IMG/VR virus record: IMGVR_UViG_3300009370_001603
Location: 1-64,000 of that record
Direction: 5' to 3' (one strand)
Source: a virus
Length of the DNA stretch: 64,000 bases
Below the pieces are notes generated by a model. The model saw only the letters and a list, made by a program, of their open reading frames with translations. It searched no databases and was not told the origin of the DNA. Positions 19,095 through 28,957 of the stretch are shown here, piece after piece. The position numbers were made by a program, and so were the translations under genes. Each line of letters begins with the position of its first letter. Within the stretch, counting starts at the first letter, position 1.

Positions 19095-19833
19095 CAACAG
19101 ATACATTACAACTCCGAGGTCTAAGGATAGGCCAACGGGAAAAGCAATAAATGATTTTATAACTGTAATTTTCTTTAGTGAAAATCATGGATATAGAATG
19201 AAATCATACGGCCCAGTAAGTATGATACGGCTAGGCAACAAAACGATGCTAGAAAAGCAAATAGAATCCATTAAGGCATGTTTCTATAACTTTGAGATAA
19301 TAGTCTGCTCGGGATTCGAAACCCCAAAGACTGTAAATTACATAAAGGAAAAATTCCCCAACATAAATATTAGGGTGGTAGAAAATCAGGTGCATTTTAA
19401 CTCAAACTGCTGTGAGAGCGCCAGACTGTGTTTGAATAACACAACTAACAATAAGGTATTGCTATGTAGTGGTTCTAATCTCCTAGAGCCTCACCACCTA
19501 AAAAACTTAGACCTAGAGTGCTCATGCGTGTTAACACAGGAGCAAGATGAAGACTCCGGATTCGAAATTAATGTCATATCGGAAGGTGGCGTGCTGGAAC
19601 AGTTCTCCATAGGATTAAAACGGAATTTCTGGACTGAAATTCTGTACTTGGCAGACGACAGGATAATAAAGGCGCTATACGGAATCCTGTCAGATCCGGA
19701 ATACAAAAATAAATTTATATTTGAAGCACTAAATGACATAGCCCCAAAACACGACATTAAAGATGTGACATTAGATTCACCGATAAAAAAGATAAACAAC
19801 ATCAAAACGTTTAAAAGGATTCAGAACAAATGA
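19084..19833 (+). CDS. nucleotidyltransferase-like protein (degenerate)
   Basis: GYRMKSYGP.SMI.LGNKTMLEKQI and IIVCSGF, but the canonical LAAG/GxG is replaced by FSEN. Confidence 0.55.
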   Translation: MRNNNRYITTPRSKDRPTGKAINDFITVIFFSENHGYRMKSYGPVSMIRLGNKTMLEKQIESIKACFYNFEIIVCSGFETPKTVNYIKEKFPNINIRVVENQVHFNSNCCESARLCLNNTTNNKVLLCSGSNLLEPHHLKNLDLECSCVLTQEQDEDSGFEINVISEGGVLEQFSIGLKRNFWTEILYLADDRIIKALYGILSDPEYKNKFIFEALNDIAPKHDIKDVTLDSPIKKINNIKTFKRIQNK

Positions 19834-20711
19834 GAATACTGATTCAAAACTACACTTCGATGCTTTCTACAGAAGCAATGTATCTCGCTAAGTCTCTGGA
19901 GCTTGCGGAGCAGGATGTATACTTGTGGCAAGACCCAAATATTTCTGCTTTTGATATGTTTGATCAATTTAAGCCCGATGTAGTCCTAACGCATTATCAA
20001 TTTTTGTCAAATGACATGATTAAATACTTATCTCAAAAAAGACAGATACAGTGCGTGCTTAATGTTACCGGAATTAATAACGAACACATGGGTATGATTG
20101 ACGACTCTTTTGGTGAGAAAAAAATCAATTGCCCGTTTGTTTTTACCAATGCTCATAATATTTTGCCGACACCAAGCGCGAAAAAGACAAAGGTTAATTC
20201 AATACTCCCCGGTTTAGATGTATTCCTACCCGAAGAGGATTATCCAGAATACAAGTTGGATTTGGGGGTAATTGCCACAGAAGCCAATAAGCAGATAGAT
20301 GGATATGTGGAGAACAAAGATACTTATCATCTACTGAAGCTAACTACCGGTAGTGAGAAGGATAAGAATTTTGATATGCCCGTAAATATCCTAAGCCTAA
20401 GAAGTATGTACTCTCGCTATAAGGAAATAATGTTTGCCACCGGAATGAACATAATCTTTAGTCAACTTTTCTATGAAGCCATAGCCCACTCAGATAAGGT
20501 GACGTTCAAATTGGAAAAAGATGAAGAACCGGTTCTGGATAAATTTTTGGCCTCAACGTTTATTGAAGAAGAATCCGACGACCTCGGAGTCGTGCTAAAG
20601 AAGCAAGTAAGGTCTAAGCACAACTGCGTCGGTAGGGCGGCGAGATTTTGTAAGTTTATAAAAAATTCTGACGCTCAATCAAAACTAGAAAAACTAAAGG
20701 GAGAGCTATGA
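19830..20711 (+). CDS. hypothetical protein, possibly a degenerate GT-B fold
   Basis: MRILIQ..., FKPDVVL, C-terminal KHNCVGRA; lies inside the glycosylation island. Confidence 0.4.
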   Translation: MRILIQNYTSMLSTEAMYLAKSLELAEQDVYLWQDPNISAFDMFDQFKPDVVLTHYQFLSNDMIKYLSQKRQIQCVLNVTGINNEHMGMIDDSFGEKKINCPFVFTNAHNILPTPSAKKTKVNSILPGLDVFLPEEDYPEYKLDLGVIATEANKQIDGYVENKDTYHLLKLTTGSEKDKNFDMPVNILSLRSMYSRYKEIMFATGMNIIFSQLFYEAIAHSDKVTFKLEKDEEPVLDKFLASTFIEEESDDLGVVLKKQVRSKHNCVGRAARFCKFIKNSDAQSKLEKLKGEL

Positions 20712-21418
20712 AGCTATTAGTACAGTTTCCCACGCTGGCTAGGCCTGACAAATTCTTGAAAGTGCTAGATCGTTACGTCTCCACTTGTGGCTCTTGGAAT
20801 GAGATCTTTTTTAACATAAATTGCGATGCTGACGATGACACAATGACAAGTCGGCAAACTCAAGAGACAATAAAATTCATTCTAGAGAAACGCAAAGAAA
20901 CGGATGGTGTTATAAATTACGATAACAACACCGAAAAAATCAGTGCAATAAACGCAAACATAGAAGGAAAGGATTTTGATGTAGTCATCTGCGCCTCAGA
21001 CGACATGGTTCCAAAAGTATACAGTTGGGATCAGAAAATTGCACATGCCATGAAAGAGCATTTTCCGAACCTAGATGGGTGTGTTCACTTCAACGATGGG
21101 AATACCAACGGCGATCTTATCACCTTCTCTATACTTGGCAGAAAACTATATGAGCACTTTGGCTACATTTACCATCCGGACTACAAAAGCCTCTACTGCG
21201 ATGACGAGTTCACTCAAGTAGTGAGGGCTTTAGGAAAAGAAAAATATATCGATCAAGTAATTATTAGTCATGAGCACTATAGCGTAGAGGGGACAGAGAA
21301 TCACGGAGACTTGGACTTTGCGGCACAAAAGACACTACACTACTCTGGTAGGGACCAGTTAGTCTTTAACGAGAGAAAAAAACTTGGTTTTCCAAAATAT
21401 AGAATCACGGAGGATTGA
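20708..21418 (+). CDS. glycosyltransferase family 2 (GT-A)
   Basis: QFPTLARP, KISAIN, CASDDM, YCDDEFT. Confidence 0.75.
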   Translation: MKLLVQFPTLARPDKFLKVLDRYVSTCGSWNEIFFNINCDADDDTMTSRQTQETIKFILEKRKETDGVINYDNNTEKISAINANIEGKDFDVVICASDDMVPKVYSWDQKIAHAMKEHFPNLDGCVHFNDGNTNGDLITFSILGRKLYEHFGYIYHPDYKSLYCDDEFTQVVRALGKEKYIDQVIISHEHYSVEGTENHGDLDFAAQKTLHYSGRDQLVFNERKKLGFPKYRITED

Positions 21419-21419
21419 T

Positions 21420-22043
21420 ATGGACCAGCATGATTATAAAAATATGTTGCTCTTGGATAGGATTCAATGCATGAACAGGGGCGACGTGCTGGTAGATGTG
21501 GGCGCATGTAGAGGTACGTACACGCGGTACTTCTCCAACAAGCTGCTACATACGGGTAAGCTGTATTGTATAGAACTAAGTCCAGTAAACTTTAAACGTC
21601 TACAAGGGGATTTCTCTAATTACGATAACATTGAGTTTGTTAACGCGGCAATTTCCGACTCAGATGGATCTTTGAATTACTACGAAGGTTATACATCCGA
21701 AACGCATAACATTCTAGGGCACGATGCGTCTTATCGTTCAAACAAAGAGGTGGGCACGATACAGAGTATTAAGCTCGATACGCTGCTGAAGGACGAGGGG
21801 GACATAAAGCTAATAAAAATTGATGTAGAGGGGGCAGAGAACAAGGTTCTCAGGGGAATGAAAGAGGTGGCCAAAAGAACCGAATATATATTGCTAGAAA
21901 ATCATTTTGATAAAGATTGGCCAGAAATTAGGGAGATTCTCCTTGAGGAATATGGCTTCACCTGCTATAATATAGAAACAGACGCGCTCATTAACATGAG
22001 CAGCAAAAGACCGTACCAGTGTTTGTGCACGAGGAAAAAATGA
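21420..22043 (+). CDS. FkbM family methyltransferase
   Basis: VDVGACRG, NAAISD, KIDVEGAE. Confidence 0.85.
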   Translation: MDQHDYKNMLLLDRIQCMNRGDVLVDVGACRGTYTRYFSNKLLHTGKLYCIELSPVNFKRLQGDFSNYDNIEFVNAAISDSDGSLNYYEGYTSETHNILGHDASYRSNKEVGTIQSIKLDTLLKDEGDIKLIKIDVEGAENKVLRGMKEVAKRTEYILLENHFDKDWPEIREILLEEYGFTCYNIETDALINMSSKRPYQCLCTRKK

Positions 22044-22909
22044 AACACTTATGCGCCCTCTCAGATTATAATTTCCTGCCGAAAGGCTTGACGTTATACG
22101 ATTCCCTGAAAGAAAAAAGTAGTGATTTTACTCTACACTATCTTTGCCTTGACAAGAAGTCGTTTGACAAACTGTCTACGTACAGTAGCGATACCCTGAA
22201 GGTATATCATGACGAGGAGTTTTTGTCCAACCAAACCCTTAAAAACTTGAAGTTAGAAGATAGGAAATACTATTCTTATACGTTAGCCTCCTTCTTCTCT
22301 AATCATCTCATTGGCAAGCTCAATGCTGACATAACCTACATAGATAGCGACATCTACTTTCATCAAGATATAGACTTAATATTTGAAGAGATCGGTGAAA
22401 AAGAAGTTGGGATATTTAGGCATAGGCAGTACGACACAAGGGTATCTAATGGGAATGGCTGGTTCAATGTGGGGGTGGTTCACTTCAAGAATACTGATAG
22501 TGGCCGACACATGTTGGATTGGTGGTCAGACGCTGTGTTAAATAGAAAATACCCAGAATTGGCTACATGCGGAGATCAAAGATATTTAGATGCTTTTCTA
22601 GCTCTAGACAGAACCAAGCTTTTTATAGATGGCAACATAGGGCACGGCGCCCCTTGGCAATGGATGCTTTATGACTTTAGCTCATATGCAGAAGATGGAT
22701 GTATCACTTGGTATGGTGAAAAACAAAAGCTGGTATTTAGCCACTTTTCACAGTTCGAATACTCTGTATCGGATGATACTTATAACCCGTCAACTATGCA
22801 TCACTGCTTTACTCCAGAGAGCATGTATTCTTCTAACGTCGGCTTGAAAAAGATATATGATGACTATTTTGAAGAAATAAAGAAAGCCCATGACAAGTAT
22901 TTATTTTAA
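22040..22909 (+). CDS. GT-A fold glycosyltransferase
   Basis: YIDSDIYF (DxD), FNVGVV, GDQRYLD, APW, HFS. Confidence 0.75.
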   Translation: MKHLCALSDYNFLPKGLTLYDSLKEKSSDFTLHYLCLDKKSFDKLSTYSSDTLKVYHDEEFLSNQTLKNLKLEDRKYYSYTLASFFSNHLIGKLNADITYIDSDIYFHQDIDLIFEEIGEKEVGIFRHRQYDTRVSNGNGWFNVGVVHFKNTDSGRHMLDWWSDAVLNRKYPELATCGDQRYLDAFLALDRTKLFIDGNIGHGAPWQWMLYDFSSYAEDGCITWYGEKQKLVFSHFSQFEYSVSDDTYNPSTMHHCFTPESMYSSNVGLKKIYDDYFEEIKKAHDKYLF

Positions 22910-23612
22910 CCACATGATGAAAACTGGCGGTAGAACCGCTTCTAAAGTAATCTTTGAGAGCCTTGGACTCCCCGGAGAACCTCGGTTCAAAAGCGGACAT
23001 AAAATGTGTAACTTCTCGGCTTGGGATATTACAGCGACCATCATAAGGGAGCCAACAAGTAGATTATTATCACACTACAGAATGTTAATGCAGCATGAGC
23101 TTTCTGGTTTTAGCATTCCTCCTCATAGAGAAGCAGAACTTGGTGCTGACGACCCCGTCTGGCTCGGTGATAATTTTGAAGATTTCCTAATTAACTTCCC
23201 TAATAAATGGAAATTACACCAACTATACTTTTACTCTAAAACGGGAGACGTAGGAGAAGCATTTAGTAATATAATACAAAATACACAAATTATACTTTTT
23301 GAACGACGCGAGGAAGGCTTTGGCAGACTGGCGAATAAACTTAGGCTTGATGATAAGATAGGCGCCAGATTGGAATTAAAGGGGGGTGGGCGAAAGGCTC
23401 CAAAATTTTTTCAAGATCAGAAACCACCGGAATGGCAAACTACAAAAAACATTTCATTGAAAGTGGATGATGATCAGGCATTAAAAATGAAAAAGGTTTT
23501 GGAAAAAGAGTATGAATTTTACAATAGGGTTATTGATTATTATAACTGGGAATCCGTCCACTATGAATTTTACAACAGGGTTATTGATTACTATAACGAG
23601 GAAAAAATATGA
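22890..23612 (+). CDS. sulfotransferase (family 2-like)
   Basis: FNHMMKTGGRT (5'-PSB loop) and IREPTSRLLSHY (3'-PB motif). Confidence 0.75.
   Translation: MTSIYFNHMMKTGGRTASKVIFESLGLPGEPRFKSGHKMCNFSAWDITATIIREPTSRLLSHYRMLMQHELSGFSIPPHREAELGADDPVWLGDNFEDFLINFPNKWKLHQLYFYSKTGDVGEAFSNIIQNTQIILFERREEGFGRLANKLRLDDKIGARLELKGGGRKAPKFFQDQKPPEWQTTKNISLKVDDDQALKMKKVLEKEYEFYNRVIDYYNWESVHYEFYNRVIDYYNEEKI
23511..23597 (+). repeat. 36-bp direct repeat (2 mismatches), period 51 bp, encoding YEFYNRVIDYYN twice
   Basis: Copies at 23511-23546 and 23562-23597. Confidence 0.9.
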
Positions 23613-24523
23613 TTTTTGTAGTAACTGGCGGCAGGGGCTTTATAGGTAGCCATTTTGTCGAAATAGTTTTAGGTGAAGGCCATCAAGTGATCGACATAGA
23701 TAAAATGACTTACGCCTCCAGTAGTGAGTTACCTTGGGATGACGATCCGAATTATACCCACATTAAAGAAGACATATGTGACATTACACATATTCCAGTG
23801 TGTGATATTCTGGTAAACTTTGCCGCAGAATCTCATGTAGATAATTCAATAGAATCCCCCAAGGTGTTTTTAAAGTCCAACGTAGAGGGCGTATTTAACC
23901 TCCTAAACCTACTTAGAGCGAAGGTGTATCAGAAGCCCAAATTTATTCATATAAGCACAGATGAGGTGTACGGCGACGTGAACGTAGAAGAGGAAGACAA
24001 GACTGAAGAAAGCATATTGCACCCAAGTAATCCGTACTCAGCAACAAAGGCTGCGGCAGAAATGCTCATCTTTGCCTACGCGAGAACCTTTGGTGTAAAC
24101 TACCAAATCGTTAGAAGTACAAATAACTATGGCCCTAGACAATACCCAGAAAAACTGATCCCTAAGATACTTCATAGCTTGGATACTGAGCAAAAGATAC
24201 CGCTACACGGAGATGGAAGCTATGTTAGGGACTGGCTTTACGTCAAGGATAATGCAGAAGCAATATATAAGATATGCTTCTCTAAGGGGGAAGATCAGAT
24301 ATGGAATGTGTCGGCTTATAATTATATGAAGAATACAGAGATTGTTGAAGCAATATGTAAATGGAAGGGTATTGAAAACTGGATTGACCATGTTGAATTT
24401 ATAGAAAACAGGATGGGGCAAGATTATAGATACTCCATCTGTTCAGAGAAAACTAGAAAAGCATTTGACTGGCAACCAAAGAAAAAAGAACTCCATAATT
24501 TTATCCCCGAAACACCATTTTAA
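23609..24523 (+). CDS. rfbB: dTDP-glucose 4,6-dehydratase (RmlB/RfbB-like)
   Basis: TGGRGFIG, FAAESHVDNS, STDEVYG, YSATK, NNYGPRQYPEKLIP, RDWLYV. Confidence 0.88.
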   Translation: MIFVVTGGRGFIGSHFVEIVLGEGHQVIDIDKMTYASSSELPWDDDPNYTHIKEDICDITHIPVCDILVNFAAESHVDNSIESPKVFLKSNVEGVFNLLNLLRAKVYQKPKFIHISTDEVYGDVNVEEEDKTEESILHPSNPYSATKAAAEMLIFAYARTFGVNYQIVRSTNNYGPRQYPEKLIPKILHSLDTEQKIPLHGDGSYVRDWLYVKDNAEAIYKICFSKGEDQIWNVSAYNYMKNTEIVEAICKWKGIENWIDHVEFIENRMGQDYRYSICSEKTRKAFDWQPKKKELHNFIPETPF

Positions 24524-25408
24524 ATGAAGAATAATATGAAAATAGCTTTTGGTATGATTGTTTTTGAAGGTGACTATGTTCTACAGGAATGTTTAGAGCA
24601 GGTATATCCCTATGCAGAACAAATCTTAATAGCAGAAGGGCCGGTCGAATACTGGCAACGTCAAGGGAGAACTACATCTACCGACAAGACAAACGAGATA
24701 CTAGACAATTTCCCTGATCCAGATAACAAGATCAGTATCGTGCACGGCCAATATTCCGAAAAGGACGAGCAGTGCAAGGCGTACATGGAGCATATAAGAG
24801 ATGATATAGATTATCTGTGGAATTTGGACTCGGACGAGCTGTATAAAAAGGAAGATTTGGAGAAAACTATAGATTTTCTTTCGGAGCATCAGCCCACCAG
24901 CGTCGGCGTAACAAGTTGCTCTTTCTATGGGGGTATAGACCATCATCTGACAGGGTTTGAGCTGGCAAGGGATAACTTTTTAAGGATATTCAAGTATGAG
25001 CCGGGGTCAACTTGGCTTACGCACAGGCCTCCAACAATAAAGTATCCATCTGAAATAGAACGCAAGCATATAAACAGCGACACTTTTTTCGCTATGACAG
25101 ATGTACTTATGTATCATTATTCATATGTGTTCCCAACGCAAGTAGCCAGAAAGGTTGGGTACTACAAGGATAGCGTTTCAAAAGAAAATTGTATAGATAA
25201 TTACTTTGAAAATGTCTATTTACCTTGGGTGAAAGGTGATAAGCGGACTAGAATAGATATAGAGAACCGGTTTAACGGGGTGCATGAGTTTAAGCCTCGT
25301 GTTCGGGGGGAATGTAAAACGGGCGTCTTCTTGGGGCGTCACCCAGAGTCCATAGACTCCAGAAAAATAAACGAAAGAATACAAAGGGAACTAGGAGAAT
25401 TTGAATGA
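24524..25408 (+). CDS. glycosyltransferase family 2-like
   Basis: ILIAEG, STDKT, NLDSDE, HYSYV. Confidence 0.7.
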   Translation: MKNNMKIAFGMIVFEGDYVLQECLEQVYPYAEQILIAEGPVEYWQRQGRTTSTDKTNEILDNFPDPDNKISIVHGQYSEKDEQCKAYMEHIRDDIDYLWNLDSDELYKKEDLEKTIDFLSEHQPTSVGVTSCSFYGGIDHHLTGFELARDNFLRIFKYEPGSTWLTHRPPTIKYPSEIERKHINSDTFFAMTDVLMYHYSYVFPTQVARKVGYYKDSVSKENCIDNYFENVYLPWVKGDKRTRIDIENRFNGVHEFKPRVRGECKTGVFLGRHPESIDSRKINERIQRELGEFE

Positions 25409-26247
25409 GTATACCAGAACCCCTACCAGCAGTACAGGGCAACGATAAGATAAAAGAGAAGATACTTTCTGGGGAGCCATTTATAGCTTCTAAAATAGGC
25501 GCCGTAGAAAGAACTATCTTGTCAGACAAGATTCAATATAATGCCTACGCTCATCAGACTAAGTTTTTCGCCTCTAATAACGCTGGAGTTTCTCCATCAG
25601 ACGATCAGACACTAGACTTTTTCTTTGATTGTTATTCTAATGCTTTGGGGCATGTGGAATTTCTTGGGTCTATGGATTCATATGACGAAATCGTTGTCAT
25701 AGAAAAATTCGCCAGTCAGGCAGAATTCTTTGAACTTAGATTTTTAGAACCATTTTATTTTGAAAATCCTTGGAGCGAAGCGTTGGCTGGGAAAAAGGTT
25801 TTGGTGATTCATCCATTTGAAGAGGAGATAATCAGTCAGTATGCAAAAAGAGAATCACTGTTTGAGAACCAAAAGGTACTTCCGGAATTTGACCTAAAAA
25901 CAATAAAGTCAGTTCAAACAAACGGTGGAGGATTATCGGCATCTAGAGATGACATGAACTTCGCCGCTGGTGTCGAGCAAATGACCAACAAGATGGACGA
26001 GATAGATTACGATGTTGCTATCATAGGATGCGGAGCTTATGGGCTAATACTGGCAGACTATGCCTTATTTCAAGGAAAGCAAGCTATACATATTGGTGGC
26101 GGCCTTCAGATAATGTTTGGAATTAAAGGAAAGAGATGGGACAACCATCCGGACGTTGGCCCCATGTATAACGAGAACTGGTGTAGACCGAGCAACTCTA
26201 CAAAACCGGTCAACTTTGACGATATTGAGGGAGGTACTTATTGGTGA
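25405..26247 (+). CDS. GT-D fold-like putative glycosyltransferase
   Basis: SKIGAVE, GKKVLVIHPF, DYDVAIIGCGAYG, AIHIGGGLQ. Confidence 0.55.
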   Translation: MSIPEPLPAVQGNDKIKEKILSGEPFIASKIGAVERTILSDKIQYNAYAHQTKFFASNNAGVSPSDDQTLDFFFDCYSNALGHVEFLGSMDSYDEIVVIEKFASQAEFFELRFLEPFYFENPWSEALAGKKVLVIHPFEEEIISQYAKRESLFENQKVLPEFDLKTIKSVQTNGGGLSASRDDMNFAAGVEQMTNKMDEIDYDVAIIGCGAYGLILADYALFQGKQAIHIGGGLQIMFGIKGKRWDNHPDVGPMYNENWCRPSNSTKPVNFDDIEGGTYW

Positions 26248-27071
26248 TACCAGTTATTTTAATACATAGAGGATATCAAAGCTATTTAGACTTTAGTATA
26301 AGGCAGGCCGCAAGAAAGAACCCAGTATTTTTAATTGGGGACGTTAAACCTAACATAGAGGGGTGGTTCGGTAACTTTAGATTCCTCACCCCAGAAGGTC
26401 TGGGGGATGGTGTAGATGAGTTTGCCGAGATGTACGTACACCTCAACACAACCCCGCTAGACTATGAATTGTTTTGCTACACAAGATGGTTTATCCTAAG
26501 AAACTTTATGGAAAAACACGATCTTTCCACAGTCTTCTACATAGACTCGGATGTACTTTTCTTTGAAGACGCCGAAGAAGAATGGTCTAAATTCAATCAG
26601 TACGACATGACCCTGTTACATAGGACGGCGGGTATATCATCGTTTGTAACAATTGAAGGGGTTAGGAACTTCTGCAATATGCTGACAGAAATTTACTCCG
26701 ATAAAGAGGGGTATCACTTTAACAAGATAGCCTCACACTTCCAAGTGAGACAATCTTTCGGATTGCCGGGGGGCGTGTGCGACATGACCCTCTTGGAATA
26801 TTTTCACTATCATGCAGAATTTGGCGGTGGCCCCGGTAGGGTTGGAGAAATGATGACGATTAGAGACGGCGCAACCTACGACCACAACATCAATGTCCCC
26901 GATCAAGATTTTGAGTTTGAAAATGGTACTAAAAAAGTAAAAATTGTAGATGGTGAAGTGTTTGTTCATAGTCACAAACTTAATAAAGATATAAAATTTA
27001 ATTCCCTACACTTTCAGGGTGGGGCGAAGCATCTGATGAAGGATATCTATGAAGGACTCTTGGAAAAATAA
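26241..27071 (+). CDS. putative GT-A glycosyltransferase
   Basis: FCYTRWF, YIDSDV, CDMTLL, LHFQG..K. Confidence 0.6.
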   Translation: MVIPVILIHRGYQSYLDFSIRQAARKNPVFLIGDVKPNIEGWFGNFRFLTPEGLGDGVDEFAEMYVHLNTTPLDYELFCYTRWFILRNFMEKHDLSTVFYIDSDVLFFEDAEEEWSKFNQYDMTLLHRTAGISSFVTIEGVRNFCNMLTEIYSDKEGYHFNKIASHFQVRQSFGLPGGVCDMTLLEYFHYHAEFGGGPGRVGEMMTIRDGATYDHNINVPDQDFEFENGTKKVKIVDGEVFVHSHKLNKDIKFNSLHFQGGAKHLMKDIYEGLLEK

Positions 27072-27666
27072 GGCTGTTTTTGAACAACAGCTAGACTTGA
27101 ACATAAAAGAACTCAACGGTCGTCATCCACCGCATTGGTATCGATTTATCAATTTTATTTATGCCAGTCAATATAACAAGATCTCTTTGACTAGCATACT
27201 AGATGTTGGATGTGGAGCTGGGGCATACTACCCACTAATAAAGAAATACTTCAACAGTGTAGAGTATAAAGGATGTGACTATTCGGAAGAAGCAATAGCC
27301 TTGGCGGGCGAAACTTGGGGAGCAGAGAACTTCTTTGTGCTAGACTTCTGGGACTTATCTGAAGAAATAGTTAATGAATATGATACAATTTTAATAAGTG
27401 CGGTCTTGGATGTACTTGAAGATGGAGACGAAGCGTTAGAGTTTTTACTCCAACTTAAACCAAAGAGCGTCTGTGTTCAAAGAATGGCCTTTACCGACAA
27501 AGAAAGCTTCTCTAATACATACGAAGCCTATGGAATTCCAGTGTACAAATTTTATCACAACAGAGAAAAATTTAATAATACGTTACAACAATATAATTAC
27601 AGCTGCCTTCAATTTGGCGACGACAAAGACTCAGAAAGCTATTACCTTACAGGGGAGATGACATGA
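27049..27666 (+). CDS. class I SAM-dependent methyltransferase
   Basis: ILDVGCGAG, YKGCDYS. Confidence 0.8.
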   Translation: MKDSWKNKAVFEQQLDLNIKELNGRHPPHWYRFINFIYASQYNKISLTSILDVGCGAGAYYPLIKKYFNSVEYKGCDYSEEAIALAGETWGAENFFVLDFWDLSEEIVNEYDTILISAVLDVLEDGDEALEFLLQLKPKSVCVQRMAFTDKESFSNTYEAYGIPVYKFYHNREKFNNTLQQYNYSCLQFGDDKDSESYYLTGEMT

Positions 27667-28418
27667 TAGATGCTCAAAAATGGAAAACTTCGGACATGCT
27701 TAATTACCTAGATGAGTTTAAAGAACTTTACAATATTAGGCCAATCCCCAATAATCACGGGGGTATGAAATCCGCCCACATGTTTCCGGCTTGGTATATT
27801 GTAAAAAAGCTAAAGCCCAAGTTTTTAATTGAGAGTGGAGTATGGAAAGGGCTAGGCACTTGGTTTTTCCAGATGGCAAGTCTAGACACAAAAATAATCG
27901 CCATAGATCCGGAGCCAAAATATAGGGTTCATGACAGCTATGTTGTGGATTACCAAACAGAAGATTTCTTAGATACGGACTGGAAGTCTAAAGTGAAGCC
28001 GTCAGAAACGCTAGTCTTTTTTGATGACCATCAAAACTGCCTCCCAAGATTAAAGAGGTGCAAGGAGCTTGGGTTTAAGAAAATTATCGTTGAAGACAAT
28101 TATCCTGTCACTCAGGGTGATTGTTACACCCCGAAAAAGATTTTAAGTCAAAGGGATTATGTAATCGACGCAGCTGGCAACAGAACAAACCATTCACATC
28201 AACCTGAAGACTATAAGTTCCTGATGGACAATTTAACGGTATATCAAGAAATGCCACCGCTATTCAAGGATGATGTGACCAGATGGGGAGATCCGTGGGA
28301 AGGCAAAAACTACGAGACACCAAAAGCCCTCCTGACAGAACACAATATTCTAGAGTATCAAACCTTTTTCAATGAGAAGCAAGACTACACTTGGATCTGC
28401 TATCTGGAGTTAAAGTAA
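27663..28418 (+). CDS. putative SAM-dependent methyltransferase
   Basis: IESGVWKGLGT, IAIDP, FFDDH, EDNY. Confidence 0.6.
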   Translation: MIDAQKWKTSDMLNYLDEFKELYNIRPIPNNHGGMKSAHMFPAWYIVKKLKPKFLIESGVWKGLGTWFFQMASLDTKIIAIDPEPKYRVHDSYVVDYQTEDFLDTDWKSKVKPSETLVFFDDHQNCLPRLKRCKELGFKKIIVEDNYPVTQGDCYTPKKILSQRDYVIDAAGNRTNHSHQPEDYKFLMDNLTVYQEMPPLFKDDVTRWGDPWEGKNYETPKALLTEHNILEYQTFFNEKQDYTWICYLELK

Positions 28419-28957
28419 TGCTATCCAGACAATATGAACACGGATCAACCATAACTGAGAGGGCGGAGACCGATTTTGTCCATTCGGCCATAGATTCACA
28501 GAGCAAAGTTTTAGAGTATGGCTCAGGAAGATCTACAATTAATCTATCTCATATCGCCAAGTCGGTGGTTTCCGTGGAGCATCAAAAGGCTTGGTACGAT
28601 GAGCTTAAACCGACGTTACCAGAAAATGTGGAGCTACTACTGTCTGAGCCTGATTTGGATTATATTGAAGGGCCTCATGAAAATCAAAGAAGCGAAGGAA
28701 ACGATGGTACATATGAGGAATTTAAAACCTATATAAAGGCACCCCTAAGCAGCGCTCCGTATGATGTTGTAATTATAGACGGTAGGGCGAGGGTGGAGTG
28801 CGCGAAGCTGTGCACAAAACTATGTCACGATGAGTCTTATATTTTCGTACATGATTTTGAGAGAGATGAATATCAATCGATCATGAAGATACTAGAACAT
28901 GTAGGGTCAATAGGAAGAATGTTTAAATTCAAGGTTAAAAATGATCCAGCTGTTTAA
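28418..28957 (+). CDS. class I SAM-dependent methyltransferase (polysaccharide O-methyltransferase-like)
   Basis: LEYGSGRST, SVEH, IIDGRARVEC, VHDF. Confidence 0.7.
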   Translation: MLSRQYEHGSTITERAETDFVHSAIDSQSKVLEYGSGRSTINLSHIAKSVVSVEHQKAWYDELKPTLPENVELLLSEPDLDYIEGPHENQRSEGNDGTYEEFKTYIKAPLSSAPYDVVIIDGRARVECAKLCTKLCHDESYIFVHDFERDEYQSIMKILEHVGSIGRMFKFKVKNDPAV

